DNA of 63,524 nucleotides, the filler included, from Olpidium bornovanus S191 (taxonomy: Eukaryota; Fungi; Olpidiomycota), in assembly GCA_017911155.1 (NCBI GenBank). It is 30 parts of 30 records of this genome, joined end to end, with 100 filler letters (N's around TTAATTAATTAA, not from the genome) between each part and the next. Parts side by side here need not be neighbours in the genome. Positions count along the whole stretch, not along the records: positions 25,390 to 26,451 come from JAEFCI010003826.1; positions 26,552 to 27,592 come from JAEFCI010002862.1; positions 27,693 to 30,525 come from JAEFCI010003852.1; positions 30,626 to 35,289 come from JAEFCI010002276.1; positions 35,390 to 36,579 come from JAEFCI010006478.1; positions 36,680 to 38,112 come from JAEFCI010006184.1; positions 38,213 to 39,689 come from JAEFCI010007300.1; 23 more parts are not named here. One strand, 5' to 3'. Made by a program: the position numbers and the translations under genes. The notes beneath the pieces are model-generated. The model made no database searches. It saw nothing but the letters and a program-made list of their open reading frames with translations, and was not told where the DNA came from. Of the stretch, positions 26,099 through 38,786 are shown piece by piece (position 1 is the first letter of the stretch; every line of letters starts with the position of its first letter).

Positions 26099-28554
26099 CC
26101 CCTTCCGAAACCCGTGGCCAGGGAACAAGAAATTTTTTTTTTTCCGGTTAATACTTCCGGCGTTAAAAGATCTGTTTCGTCCAGCCGAGCGCAGAAACCC
26201 CGCGCGCGGGGGGAAGGGTTTCCGGGGAGGGGCGTGGGCCGACTCCCGCCGTCGTTTCTCAGGAACGGACGACGAAGTCTTCCCAGCTCGCGGCCCGCAT
26301 TCCCGGCGAAATATGCGCGATGAGCGCCTCCGCGCGGCGGCCCCCCCCCCCGTGCAGACCTCCCGAGCGGCTCACGCCCGCCGCATCGAAGCGCGCATTC
26401 TGCGACGGCCGCAGGACTCGGGATGGGGGAAAGGAAGGAAGGGGGGGGGGGNNNNNNNNNNNNNNNNNNNNNNNNNNNNNNNNNNNNNNNNNNNNTTAAT
26501 TAATTAANNNNNNNNNNNNNNNNNNNNNNNNNNNNNNNNNNNNNNNNNNNNCATGAGCTAGGAAGGCGAATAAAACGCCAGGGCTAGGACGCCGAAACTG
26601 GGGCGAGAAGCGCGTTATCCTCGTAAAATTTCAGCCGGATGATGCACATCTCAAAAAACCTGTCTGAGGTATACGGTTTCCGTTAAGCTTGTAAAAGGGA
26701 AATGTCTCTCTGACAATTCATTTTAATTTTCATTGGTCTATTCTTAAGGACGGTCTCTTTCCAGGGTGCATCCACGGTGCTTTGGAGGAGAGTGCCCTAT
26801 CTGGTATGCCATCCGTTTGCGCTTCGAAAGGGGATAGGTTCCGTTGCGCTAAAGGAAGAAGGAAAAAAAAAAAGAATCCGGCAAATGCATCAGAATAAAG
26901 GAGAAGTAACAGAAAAAACTAAAGAAGAGAATCCGGCGAACTACGCCAATAAAAAAAAGGGAGAAAACCCGAGGGAACCCCGCAAATCCCGCAGAAAAAA
27001 AAAAAAGGAAGAAAGAAAGAGAGAAAGAGAGAGAGAGAGAGTTTCCCGCAAATCTGGCAAAAAAAAAAGAATCCCGGAAATCTCGCAAAAAAAAAAAAAA
27101 AAAAATTAATATCTCAGCAAAAAAAAAGAAACGCAGAGGAGAGAATTGCAAACGAAAAGAAGAGAGAATTGCACGAAACCCTCACACACCCCCTTCCCTC
27201 ACCAAAAAGAAAAGAAAAAAAAAGAGAAGATCTCGGGCCAAATAAAGAAGAAAAAAATAGTGAGAATCCCGCGCATCCCGCGAAAAGAAAGGAAAAAGGT
27301 TTTTCTTGCGAATCCAACCATAACATAAAAATAGAAAAAACGAGAAAAAAGAAAAGAATTCGAAAGAGAATAGCTTACTTAGCGGTTGGTCAGGGCACCT
27401 GAATTTTTGACGCCGTGGAATGTGAAGGAAGGAAGGAAAGGAGGAGGTCGAGGGAAGAGAAGCGCCGCGTGGTGCCCCTTTTTGCGGTCGACGGCGGGGG
27501 TGTGACGCCGGTTGTTGTGTGTGCCTCGCCAAACCCACTGGGCCGCTGCCTCCCAGCCGCGCATTTGCCGCGATTGCCCCACAAATACATGANNNNNNNN
27601 NNNNNNNNNNNNNNNNNNNNNNNNNNNNNNNNNNNNTTAATTAATTAANNNNNNNNNNNNNNNNNNNNNNNNNNNNNNNNNNNNNNNNNNNNATCAATAA
27701 TCTTCCGGCCGAAAGACGGACTCGCAGAACCTGTGAGCGCCCGCGATATGTCAGATCAAAAAAAAAAACTATTTACCGCGGATCGGACGTGGAAAAAATC
27801 TTGGCGAGCATGCGCATAAGGTAGTTTTTTTTTTTTTTTTCCTCTTTCCCCGCCTCCTTTCCCCCCCTCCCTCCTGTTTTTCCGTCCCCCTGACTTTTCC
27901 GCCTCTCCCTCTTCCCCTGCAGAGATACAAAAGGGAGAGGGAGGGGCCGGTCGACCCCCCCCCCCCCATCCTCCTCCCCTGGGCGCAACAGCGTCTTTTT
28001 CAGACCGCAGCAGCTAAAACAACCCTTTCCCCGCGAGTCCTCCCCCCCCCCCCCCCCCCCCCCCCCCCCGGGTGTTTTTTTTTTTTTTTTTTTCTTTTTC
28101 CCCCCCCCCCCTTCCCCCCCCCCCCCAACGCACCCGCACGAGGAACCCGCCCGCCGGTGGCGTGGCGGCTCGCGGAAACGACCGAGGACCGACGTCATCA
28201 AGAAGAACGTCATCAAGAAGAAGAGGAGGGGAACAACGGGGTCCCGCACGCCAGAAACACAGCAGCGTCCGCGGTTGCCCTTGCCTCGGGCTGCCGGCTT
28301 CGGCGGTAGTGGCTGACGACGAGCAGCCAGGAACAGTGGCTCCCGCCAAGGGCGCCCGCGGAGCGGGCGGAGGAGCCCTACTCCTCCCGCTGGCATTCCC
28401 GTCGCCGCCCTCGTCGCCGCCCTCGTCGCCGGCGCTCGATGACCGCCGCCTAGACGTCACCGGCGCGGCGGATCGAGGCTCGGCAAAGGAGTGCTGCGGC
28501 GACTCGGGGGGCGACGAATCCGCGCTGGGTGCCGCGAGGGCCCTCCTGAGCCGG

Positions 28555-30525
28555 ATGAAGCGGAAGCTGGGCCCTGCTTTTTACATCGTAACGTGGTTTC
28601 TCTTCTCGACGACGCTCATCTTCAGCAACCGATACATCCTGGTCGACCGGACGTTCCCCTTCCCGCTCTGCCTCACAACGTACCACCTGGGCATCGCGAC
28701 CGTCGCCACCAGGCTGCTGCGACGCTTCACCAACCTGATGCCCGCCGTCTCCGCGGCCGATAGCCGTCTCACCTGGGACAAATGGGCCCGCAGAGTGCTG
28801 CCGATCGGCGTTCTTTTCTCGCTGACGCTGGCATGCGGGAACTACGCTTGTACGTCGCCCGCGGTCCGCCTTGCGAACATAACCCCTGCTTGGACGCTTT
28901 TGTCCCCGCCCTACCCCTGACCGGAGGGTTGGGAGTGGTTGTGCCCGTGTTAACGTCGGGGCGACACCTATCGCAGATCTTTTTTTGTCCGTGGCATTCA
29001 TCCAGGTGCTCAAGTCTGGAACACCCGTGGCCATCCTGGTTGCCTCCTGGATCTTTGGTGTCGAAAAGCCGAACGCGTCCTTGTTCTTCAACATCGTCTT
29101 CATCGCCTTGGGCGTCGGCATCGCATCTGTCGGTCGTTACGCTTCGTGAATTCTCCACGAGCGCGTGAATTGCCTGGTTGCGCGATCACAAGACTTACGT
29201 GGGCCGCTGACATTTTCCCTCGTCCCGCACTCTGGCCCAACCCGCGTCGCAGTTTGGCGAAATCCGATTCGTCTTTGTCGGATTTGTGCTCATGGTCAGT
29301 GACGGCGAATTACACCCGGCTCTGAGGGTCCGCTACGCGGTCGATGGCCTCTTCGCTTATCCCGAACTGCTTTCTTCATAGCTGGCGGGGATTTCTTTCG
29401 ACGCCGTTCGATTGGTTATGATTCAGAAACTTTTGAAGAGCGAATCCATACAGATGGATTCTCTGACGACGCTGTACTACATCGCGCCGGTATCGGCCGT
29501 TTGCAGCATGCTGATCAGCATCATTTTAGAGTCCTCTTCGATGCACCTGGACAAGATCCTCAATGTCGGCCTCTGGCCTTTTTTTCTTAGCGGGATAGGT
29601 AGGTTCGTTTGGCATCAGCGTGGCAATTCGATATTTACTTTCACTGTTGCTTTATTTGCACGGATTGGGACCGGGCGGACGAGCCCCCCGCATATTGGCG
29701 AGTAGTCGTCGTGTGACGACCGCCAGCCTTACCCGTCATTCTCGTTTTGTGTACGGTGTAGTTTCCTTTGGCCTCAACGTGGCCGCTGTCTCTGTGGTGA
29801 AGAACACCTCCACGTTAACGCTTGGCCTGGCGGGCGTTCTGAAGGACATCCTCATCGTTGGCATGGCGATGCTGTTCTACGGCACGCCGATGACCTGGCT
29901 TCAGGCGTTCGGATACACCATGGCAATGACGGGACTGATGTATTACAAGAGTGGCAAAAACATCTTCGGGTTGTGCTCCGGCGGGTTCGCGAGATCGACA
30001 GCGCGCCATTGCCGCCGGTTCGCCCAAATTGGCCTGCTTTCAATGGTCGTCGCCTCGTGCGTGCTGCTGTACCGCATCAAGGACGAGGCTTGGTACTTCG
30101 ATCAGGCTGCGTCGTGCGCAAACAACATCGTGCAATTGGCAGTCGTTCAGGAGGCTCCCGTCGTCACGGCAATTCCGGAGGGCTTCCCGATTTCTGATAA
30201 AGTCGCCGTGATTGTTGAGCCGAGGACCCTGCCGTCGCTGGTCCCCCTGATAATGCATTTTGCCGGCGTGCTAGCTTGGGACTGGAACTGTTAAGTTTCT
30301 CGATGCCCCCGCCCGTCCAGTGTCGGCGTCTTGCGCGTTTTAGTCTGGTGATGCGGAGAGCAATCCTGCGATTTGACTGTCACTGAAATTCCGGGATTAT
30401 TGACTGATGTGTCCCGGATCGTCTATTCCGTACTAGTCCATATATTTTACAGCGATGCGAACAGCCGGATGTTATGGAACTCGATTCAGATTCGACGTTT
30501 GGTCGAAGTCGGAAAGCTGAACATG
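28555..30525 (+). CDS. Triose-phosphate/nucleotide-sugar transporter (TPT/SLC35 family) fused to a C-terminal DUF5672-like domain, partial
   Basis: FSTTLIFSNRYIL..FPFPLCLTTYHL, VLPIGVLFSLTLACGN, LKSGTPVAIL, FDAVRLVMIQKLL, LTTLYYIAPV, TSTLTLGLAGVLKDIL. The same exon then continues through an extra hydrophobic helix to KVAVIVEPRTLPSLVPLIMHFAGVLAWDWN|FHIFYSDANSRML..IRRLVEVGKLN. The frame is also open upstream of the ATG. Confidence 0.8.
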
Positions 30526-30646
30526 NNNNNNNNNNNNNNNNNNNNNNNNNNNNNNNNNNNNNNNNNNNNTTAATTAATTAANNNNNNNNNNNNNNNNNNN
30601 NNNNNNNNNNNNNNNNNNNNNNNNNCCCGCGTGAGTCGACGACATG

Positions 30647-30653
30647 TATAAAT
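30647..30653 (+). promoter_or_regulatory. Putative TATA box of the carbonic anhydrase gene
   Basis: TATAAAT about 140 nt upstream of the ATG at 30791, followed by a pyrimidine-rich leader. Confidence 0.5.
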
Positions 30654-30790
30654 CCCCCCGCCCCTCACCTTCCCGACTCCCACCACTCCAATAAACCCTC
30701 CCCATCTCTCACAATTCGCTGCGCGAATTCAATAATCCTACCCTTAAACATACATTCCAGCCCTTTCGACGTTCATTTGCGTACTCCATC

Positions 30791-31818
30791 ATGTTGCAGT
30801 CCGTCCTCTTCCTTGCGCTGGTCGCTTCTTCCGCCCTCGCTGGGCCCCTCTCCTTCGCTGAGCGACAGGAGAAGGTCGATTTCGGCTACGAGGGCAACTC
30901 TGGCCCGAACCTCTGGCCCGGCGACTGCCAGCTCACCGGCGCCGGACAGGTACGCTAGGAGGCGAGGATGATTTTTTCTTTTTCCGTTATTGTCCCCGTC
31001 TTCCTGACGCCCTTTCCCATTTTTTGCCCTTTACAGTCCCCCATCAACATCAGGGAAGGTTCTGCAGATGCCCAGACGTTACCGCTACCGGCGGACCTCG
31101 TCGCGCAGCCGGGCTCTAAGCTATCCAATACCGGCCACTCCCTGGATATCGCCTTCGACCCCGCGGCGCCCAAAGCTTCCTTTGTTCCGGCAGGCCAGAC
31201 CGAGCCATTCGAGGTACAAGGTGTCCACTTCCATTCACCGAGCGAGCACCGCGTCAACGGCAAGTACTTCGACGCCGAGATGCACATTGTTGCCAAATCC
31301 CCCGCCGGCACCATTTCCGTTCTCGGCGTTTTCTTTGAAATCAGCGAGAACCCGCAGCCGAACGCCCTCCTGTCGGCGTTGACCGCCAAGGTAGCCCTCT
31401 CTTCTCCCCCTTCGTTCTCGTCCGGCGTGTCACCCCCCGAGAGGTCGAAAGGAGACAAATTTTGACCGGAAAAAAATTTCGCCTTTTCTTTCTCTCGCCC
31501 CTTTGTTCCCCGCAGCTGCCACTCAACGGAGCCCCAGCGACCGTCGACGTTGACTTCGACTCCATCGTTCAGGGGACAAACCTGCTCACTGGCTTCCACT
31601 CGTACACCGGCTCCCTCACCACCCCGCCGTGCACCACCGGCGTGCTGTGGAACGTTATGGACACCCCGATTCCCATGAGCGTCGCGGAGGCCCTCGCCAT
31701 CCGGAATGAGATCGGCTTCTCCGCCCGTTTCACTCAGGTCGCCCGGGACCAGGAGCCCGTATTCAGTCCCCCGAACGAGGGCTTGTACGTATTCAACCCC
31801 TTGAAAGAGGTCGTGTAG
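30791..31818 (+). CDS. Secreted alpha-carbonic anhydrase, complete (3 exons, 271 aa)
   Basis: Exons 30791-30949, 31037-31390 and 31516-31818. Signal peptide MLQSVLFLALVASSALA; QSPINI; NTGHS (His64 equivalent); HFHSPSEH and EMH (three Zn histidines); GSLTTPPC; two Cys placed for the conserved disulfide. Confidence 0.93.
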
Positions 31819-31957
31819 AGGGCGCTTCGTCTTCCCACTGGTTCTCTTCCCGCCAGGGCCTGGTATTTTAACCGGGCCGCCACCCGCCCGCGTTTTCATT
31901 TGTTAAACGCAATCGGGAAAATCAGCAGCTGGTGCCCCACCCCACCTGTAGACCGTT

Positions 31958-32026
31958 GCACTGTAACCCCTCGACCTGGCTGCAGTGTAACCCTAGACCT
32001 GGCTGCATGCAGTGTAACCCTAGACT
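31958..32026. repeat. Three-copy 23-27-bp tandem repeat
   Basis: GCAGTGTAACCCTAGACCTGGCT-like units between the CA and SKI2 genes. Confidence 0.75.
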
Positions 32027-32341
32027 CAATATGATTTCCTTCGGGAATTTTTTTTTTGTGCATACGTGTACGCCGTTGGCGAAGCATGCTCCCGGGACAA
32101 GACAGTCAGTTCGTACGGGCGCCAGAATGCCTGCCTAAAGGCATCTGTGGGTTCGCCTGGTGTTGGGCCGCCGGCGGGGAACCGCGCGCGGGCAGCGTGT
32201 CGCGTGTGGCGCCACCCCCCGTCCTCCTCCCGCCTCCCCCGCCCGGCGCTTGTCTCCCCCAACCTCCCAAAAGGCAACCGCGCAGAGGAGACGGAGACGC
32301 ATTGCGGCGGCGGCGGGGACCGCGCGGGAGCGTCGCTTTGG

Positions 32342-35235
32342 ATGCCACAAAACGACGGCCGAACGGCCTCGGCCGGCGGAGGTTTACATAGCGGCGCCCC
32401 AGTCGACGCTTTTGCGGGCAGCGCGCTCTTGGAACTGACGCGGCTTTCTCGCCAGCACGCCGGCGGCGAAGGCGGCGCGGAGCGTGTTCCCGTGCCGGAC
32501 GCGCGGCAGCAGCAGCAACCGCGAACGGCCTTTGACGAGAACTGGCTGAAGGAGCTCCAAAAGTGCGTGCTCTCTGGGAATCGACGGGGTCCTTCGCAAA
32601 AACTTCTGCGGATGGGCGCTTGCCGCCAAAAGAAAATGGCGCCGCTTAACTCGCCTCGGTAAACAGGGGCGTCGAGGAAGGCGAGCCGGACTACGATTCC
32701 CTTCTGGTGCCGCGCCCCTCTAAACCGAGGACAACGCTATCGTTTCCGCGGTCCGGAATTGAAGGGGAAATTACGGGCGTAGAGGAGGTACGCCAGCCGC
32801 GAACTCGTTAAACTGTTGCCCGAGGGGATCGGGTACACCGTGATTAACGCCGCGCGTGCCTGTACGAACGGGCAAAAAAAAGGTGCCCTTGCCTGAAACG
32901 ATTCTGAACGCCAAGAATTCCACCTCGTTGCAACGACAGCCCGGTACGCGCGACGATTTCGTTCGTGGGCGGACGGGTTACTATCCATTCGCGCCTGGAG
33001 GTCTGGAGAATGGGGTCTTGAACGCTGCGGACGACATTGCCGCTGTTGCGCAGGAGATCCAGGAGTACCTCAAGCTGGACGATGGTGCGGCTGAAACTTT
33101 TTGGATCTGCAAAAAAAAAAAAAAAAAAAAAAAACAAAACCTGAAACTCGAGCACAATTGGAACCCCACCCTATGCTACATCCGCGTGTTTCTGAATCTT
33201 TGAAATTTCTGGCAGGCGAACTGGAGACAGTGCCTCCCGGGTTCGAGCGCGGGCTTTCTCTGTCCACAGCGGACGCTGATGACGGCTCGCTCAGTCACGA
33301 CGTCGCTGGTAATATTTTCGATATCAAGGCCATTTTCTCAGGTGAAGCCGACAGTGATCTGGGAATAGACGAGGGCGAGGAAAATGAGAGTTTGGAGCGG
33401 CCAGATGAACTTGCGACGGGAAGCCATCTGTTGGATATGGCCGCGGAGTCTCATGAGCGTGAGCGCGCTGAAGTGGATGAGCTTCTCCCGGAAAAGGTGC
33501 AAAGCTACTGTCTACGTTTGCGCGCGTTTATCCAAAATGCGGGAAACAGCTCTAAAACGAGCCGTCCGCTTCTTTCGATTTTGCAGCCGCTTCTCGCGAG
33601 TGCGCCGGCACTGAACAAACGGTCTACTCCGGCGCCGAAGCGGGAATGGGCGCACGTGGTCGACGTCAACGCGGACTTCCCGGATTTCCACGAGCTTGTA
33701 CCGGACATGGCCTTCAAGGTTCGGCATGCTGCCTGACCGCCTGCGTGTGCCGCTCGGTTCACGGTGGATGCTGATTTTTCGCCAAACCGGCTTGCCCCAG
33801 TACCCCTTCGAGCTGGACGTGTTCCAAAAGCGTGCGGTCTATCACCTTGAAAAAGGCGACTCGACGTTCGTTGCGGCGCACACGTCGGCGGGCAAGACGG
33901 CGGTGGCCGAGTACGCCATCGCGCTGGCACAGCGCCACATGACGCGAACTATCTACACGTCGCCGATCAAGGCGCTGTCGAACCAGAAGTTCCGCGACTT
34001 CCGTGACACGTTCGATGATGTCGGTATACTCACCGGCGACGTCCAGATTCGGCCAGAAGCGTCGTGCCTCATCATGACTACCGAGATTCTGCGCAGTATG
34101 CTGTACCGAGGAGCCGACCTCATTCGGGACGTCGAATTCGTCATTTTTGATGAGGTGCACTACGTCAATGATGCGGAGGTACGTTGCCAGAAATGTCGCT
34201 TTACGATAATCCGCGGAAACTAGTGCTAAAGTTTTTTTTGTTGTATTGCGCAGCGAGGGGTTGTCTGGGAGGAAGTCATTATCATGTTGCCTGCCCACGT
34301 CAACTTGATTCTTTTGTCGGCTACTGTGCCAAACACGAAGGAATTTGCGGATTGGGTCGGGTGGGTATTTTCGAGCGCGCTTTCTATAGTTTCTCGTTTA
34401 CCGTCGCTCTTCTACCGACTCTTGCCGTTATTTGTTTAGCCGAACAAAGAAGAAGGACATTTACGTGATCAGCACTCCGAAACGGCCCGTTCCACTGGAA
34501 CACTACCTTTACGCACGCGGCGAAATCCACAAGATTGTCGATGCGCGGAAAAAGTTCATTCAGTCCGGGTACAGTGGAGTGTCGAATCAGATCCAACTGA
34601 GCCGCATTATTTCACTGCTGTTTTCACGAAGGCCACTGACTATCCCGTCCGATAAACGGCTCAGCTACAAGCAGGCGGTGGACTCGAATTCGGCTTTGCA
34701 AAAGAAGGAGGAGTTGAAGCCTTTTCAACGCGGCGGTCGGGGAGGCGGCCAGCGCGGAGGTTATTCCCGTGGCGGAGGTGCCGCAGGGTCCAACCGTCCG
34801 TCCTCTTCTTCGGGGACCGGCTCGGGACCGAACGCAGGATGTCACACGGCGACCGCGCGCAACATGTACATTGAGCTTGTTTCGATGCTCAAGAAGAAGA
34901 ATCTTCTTCCGACAGTCATTTTCACATTTTCGAAAAAGAAATGCGAGGAGTATGCTGCCGGCCTCAGCAAGGTCGCGCTCACGTCCGCCGCCGAGAAGAG
35001 CGAGGTGCATGTGTTCATAGAGAAGAGCCTGACGAGATTGCAAGGTGGAGGGTACTGCGCCTAGGTCCCGGTTCAGCGTGAATTGTCGTTGCTAACGGTT
35101 GAATAGTTTTTGCGCATGCGCTAATATGCGGGTACAGGCACAGACAAGGAGCTTCCGCAAATTCTTCGCATGAAAGATTTGCTTGGACGCGGGATAGCAG
35201 TCCACCACGGAGGGTTGCTGCCCATAATCAAGGAG
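32342..35235 (+). CDS. SKI2: Ski2 antiviral/exosome RNA helicase, N-terminal two-thirds
   Basis: [16 protein letters not shown] (Ski2 N-terminal motif), [85 protein letters not shown]. Start position approximate. Confidence 0.95.
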
Positions 35236-35764
35236 GTCGGTTATGCAATAAACATTCTGTGCAATCGATATAAGCGAAGTATTTGTTAANNNNNNNNNNN
35301 NNNNNNNNNNNNNNNNNNNNNNNNNNNNNNNNNTTAATTAATTAANNNNNNNNNNNNNNNNNNNNNNNNNNNNNNNNNNNNNNNNNNNNGGGTCACGGTC
35401 GCACGGCGTCCGGACCAAACGTTCGCTGCCCGCTCGAAGGTCCCTTCGTTTGTTTATTATTTTTCTTGTGTGGGTGTCGCGGGCAGGGTTTTTTTTGTTT
35501 ACAACGAGAGGGGGGGGGGGGGAACCAAAAAGCTCCGTGCGGGCGCCCCGGTCCTCAGGGCAAGAAATTGCCGACAGCGTGTCGACGGAACGTTCGAAGA
35601 GGTCGTCGGAGGTAAGTACGGTCCCGCGCCAAGTGTCGAGTACCTCCTCTTACTCCCTCGGGGAAGAACCGCCCTGTCGCGAGAGCACCACCGCGCAGCA
35701 AGGGCCCCCGCCATCCCGTCTCCCCTGCCATCCTTACCAAGAGGGGCTTGTACTCTCGACAGCG

Positions 35765-36125
35765 GGCAGCCGGAGGCGGCGGCGATGGCGCGGCGAGCGG
35801 ATGGATGCGGCGCAGATGGCGGAGGCGGCGCGGCGGGCGGGCGGAGGCGGCGCGGCAAGCGTCCGGAGGCGGCGGAGATGGTGCGGCGCGCGGATGGAGG
35901 CGGCGCAGATGGCGCGGCGAGCGGATGGATGCGGCGCAGATGGCGGAGGCGGCGCGGCGGGTGGCCGGAGGCGGCGGAGATGGCGCGGCGCGCAGATGGA
36001 GGCAGCGCAGATGGCGCGGCGGGCGGCCGCAGGCGGCGGAGGCGGTGTGGCGAGCGGATTGAGGCGGCGCAGATGGCGCGGCGGGCGGCCGCAGGCGGCG
36101 GAGGCGGCGCGGCGATATGATGGAG
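35765..36125. repeat. GC-rich degenerate minisatellite
   Basis: Interleaved units such as GGAGGCGGCGCAGATGGCGCGGCG and GCGGATGGA(T/G)GCGGCGCAGATGGC. The ORFs over it are repeat translations. Confidence 0.8.
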
Positions 36126-36490
36126 TCGGCGCAGGCGGCGCTGAAGTAGAAAAATCAGACTTCTAGGTGACGTCATTCGATTGAATCCGGCGTGCCAATT
36201 TACCGCGCCGAGGTGCCAATTTACCGTCTCAAGATGCCAGAAGAGAGGGAGGGGATGCCGACGGTTGCGCGGGCAAGCGGCGTTGAAGGCTGCGACGGTG
36301 CCGGCATAAGGTCGTCAAGTAATTTACTTAATGGGTCGAAAGCCAATTAAGGAGGGCAGCCCGAGGGAGGACACGTGAAGTGCTGCCAATTCAGCGAGTC
36401 GAATGGCCACGGATCACAGGCGGGGAGCCACCATATACCTGACGCGCCGCACCGCACACATGGGGGAGGGGAAAAAATTATAACCTGTAC

Positions 36491-36568
36491 CTTGCCGTCA
36501 ACCAGCAGCGAGTTCGTCACCATCACCGATACGAACAGTACCGATGTCTCGTAAACGTTGAAGAACAG
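36491..36568 (-). CDS. Single exon resembling a vacuolar Ca2+/H+ exchanger (Vcx1/CAX) C-terminal region
   Basis: CAG|LFFNVYETSVLFVSVMVTNSLLVDGK|GTACAG resembles L.F..FET..LF..V...N.L..DG(K/E)SNWLEG. The expected following SNWLEG exon is not visible on this contig. Confidence 0.5.
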
Positions 36569-36679
36569 CTGTGAAGGACNNNNNNNNNNNNNNNNNNNNN
36601 NNNNNNNNNNNNNNNNNNNNNNNTTAATTAATTAANNNNNNNNNNNNNNNNNNNNNNNNNNNNNNNNNNNNNNNNNNNN

Positions 36680-37969
36680 CCTCGATCCACTGCTTGGCCC
36701 GCGAGATGCTCGGGAGCGCTTACAAGGAAGGAGTTCTGGAACTTAACGCGTCCGACGACAGGTGAGTCGGCGGCGCTTCCGCGTTTTTTTCCTTCCTTTC
36801 TCCGGGCGAGCTCGAACAATTGCAGTGCGCTGTTCGCCTCCCCCGTGACGCGCCGTCCTCTCGATCCGGCGGGCTTTGCTGCTTTGTTCGCGAAAGAGGT
36901 ATCGACGTTGTGCGTAACCGGATAAAGATGTTTGCCCAGAAGAAGGTTACGCTGCCGCCGGGGAAGCATAAGATTATCATTCTGGACGAGGCAGACAGGT
37001 TTGGCCAAATCGCCGCCGGGCTCGTCCCTCTTTCCCCCCCCCCCCGGCGAGGACCGCATTTGACCCCGCGCGTTTACTTTCTTTCTCCTCGGCAAATTCC
37101 ATTCCGGCCCGCAGCATGACCGCGGGCGCGCAGCAGGCTCTGCGCCGTACCATGGAGATTTACTCGAACACCACGCGGTTTGCGCTGGCGTGCAACATGT
37201 CAAACAAAATCATCGAGCCGATTCAGAGCCGGTGTGCCATCCTTCGATTCATGAAGCTGACGGATAAGCAGGTCACGACGCGGCTATTGGCGGTTATAGA
37301 GGCGGAAAAAGTACGCCTTCCGTACTTTGCTCGGGGGTTGTTGTTCAATTCGCACCTAAACCCCACGTTGCTCTTCAGGTGAAGTACAACCCCGAGGGCC
37401 TGGAAGCCTTGGTGTTCACCGCCGAAGGCGACATGCGGCAGGCGATCAACAACTTGCAGTCCACGTTCACGGGCTTCGGGTTTGTGAATTCCGAGAACGT
37501 GTTCAAGGTGTGCGACCAACCGCACCCGCTGGTGATCATCGGAATTCTAGAGAGCTGCCTCCGCGGTGACGTTGAGGCTGCCGCGGACTCGGCCACGGCA
37601 CTCTGGAGGCTGGGTTACAGTGCATTGGACATCATCACGACCGTGTTCCGTGTCGTCAAGGTGTTCGACGGCATGGAAGAGTCCATGAAATTGCAGTTCA
37701 TAAAGGTACGGCAGCTTGCGCTATCCCACACCTTCCCCCCCCCCCGGTCCCCCCCTCAACGCCGCATTTTGAGGATTACGTAACTCCGGAAGGTGACTGG
37801 GGTAAGAGGGGCGGTACCGCCTCGCTGACGGAGTAGATCTGCGTGGTGACGATGCGCCCAGGAAATCGGCATGACTCACATGCGCATCCTCGAGGGCGTC
37901 CAAACTCTTGTGCAAATAACTGGACTTTTTGCACGCCTGTCGAGCCTCAACGTTAAGCCTTTCAAGTAA
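36680..37969 (+). CDS. RFC4: Replication factor C small subunit (yeast Rfc4 / human RFC2), 5' truncated
   Basis: VLELNASDD|[34 protein letters not shown]|[70 protein letters not shown]. Stop at 37967-37969. Confidence 0.95.
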
Positions 37970-38219
37970 CCGAAGTGCTGGAGAAATTTTACATGAGACC
38001 GATCCGACTCTCGGCCCGAAGGGCTCCGCGTCTTACGCGCCATAACGAGCCGCGGTAAAATTTGCCCTCTATCCCCCCCGCCCGCGGGTGTTTGTGTGGT
38101 ATGCGGGATTGANNNNNNNNNNNNNNNNNNNNNNNNNNNNNNNNNNNNNNNNNNNNTTAATTAATTAANNNNNNNNNNNNNNNNNNNNNNNNNNNNNNNN
38201 NNNNNNNNNNNNAGGTTGA

Positions 38220-38257
<38 letters not shown>

Positions 38258-38263
38258 GGGGCG

Positions 38264-38301
<38 letters not shown>

Positions 38302-38786
38302 GCGCGGGTCGCCGCACCAGGTTGATCCCGCCCCCCCCCCTTTTTCTTTCGTCTGCCAAAAGCCGGCATTGGCCGGTGGAAAACAAGGGGGGGGGAAAGG
38401 GGGGAGGAGGAAAAGGTAGCGATTTGAATGAAGCCCCGGGCGAACGGTTTTAAACCGGCTTCGCGGCGAAAAACCAGCAGGAACGTTTGACCCGTTTCAC
38501 GTGTTCCAAGGTGAATAATTGAGAGGAGTGGTTTTAAACGGCACTCCAGCTCTGCCAGCAGTTTTTCAAGAGGGGCGCACCATACCTGGGAAACCCGAAC
38601 CTTTTGTTCGGCTGTATAGACCGGGCGCGGACACGGCAGAGGCGGCTGACTTTATTTGGCCTTCCGCGCATTCTCACCGCCGCCGCACACAATGGCGCGC
38701 AAGGACGCGGAAATTGCATTTTTTTTTTTCGTAACTATTTTTTTTTCTCTTCTTTTTTTTTTTCTCTCTTTTTCTCTTAGCCGTCC

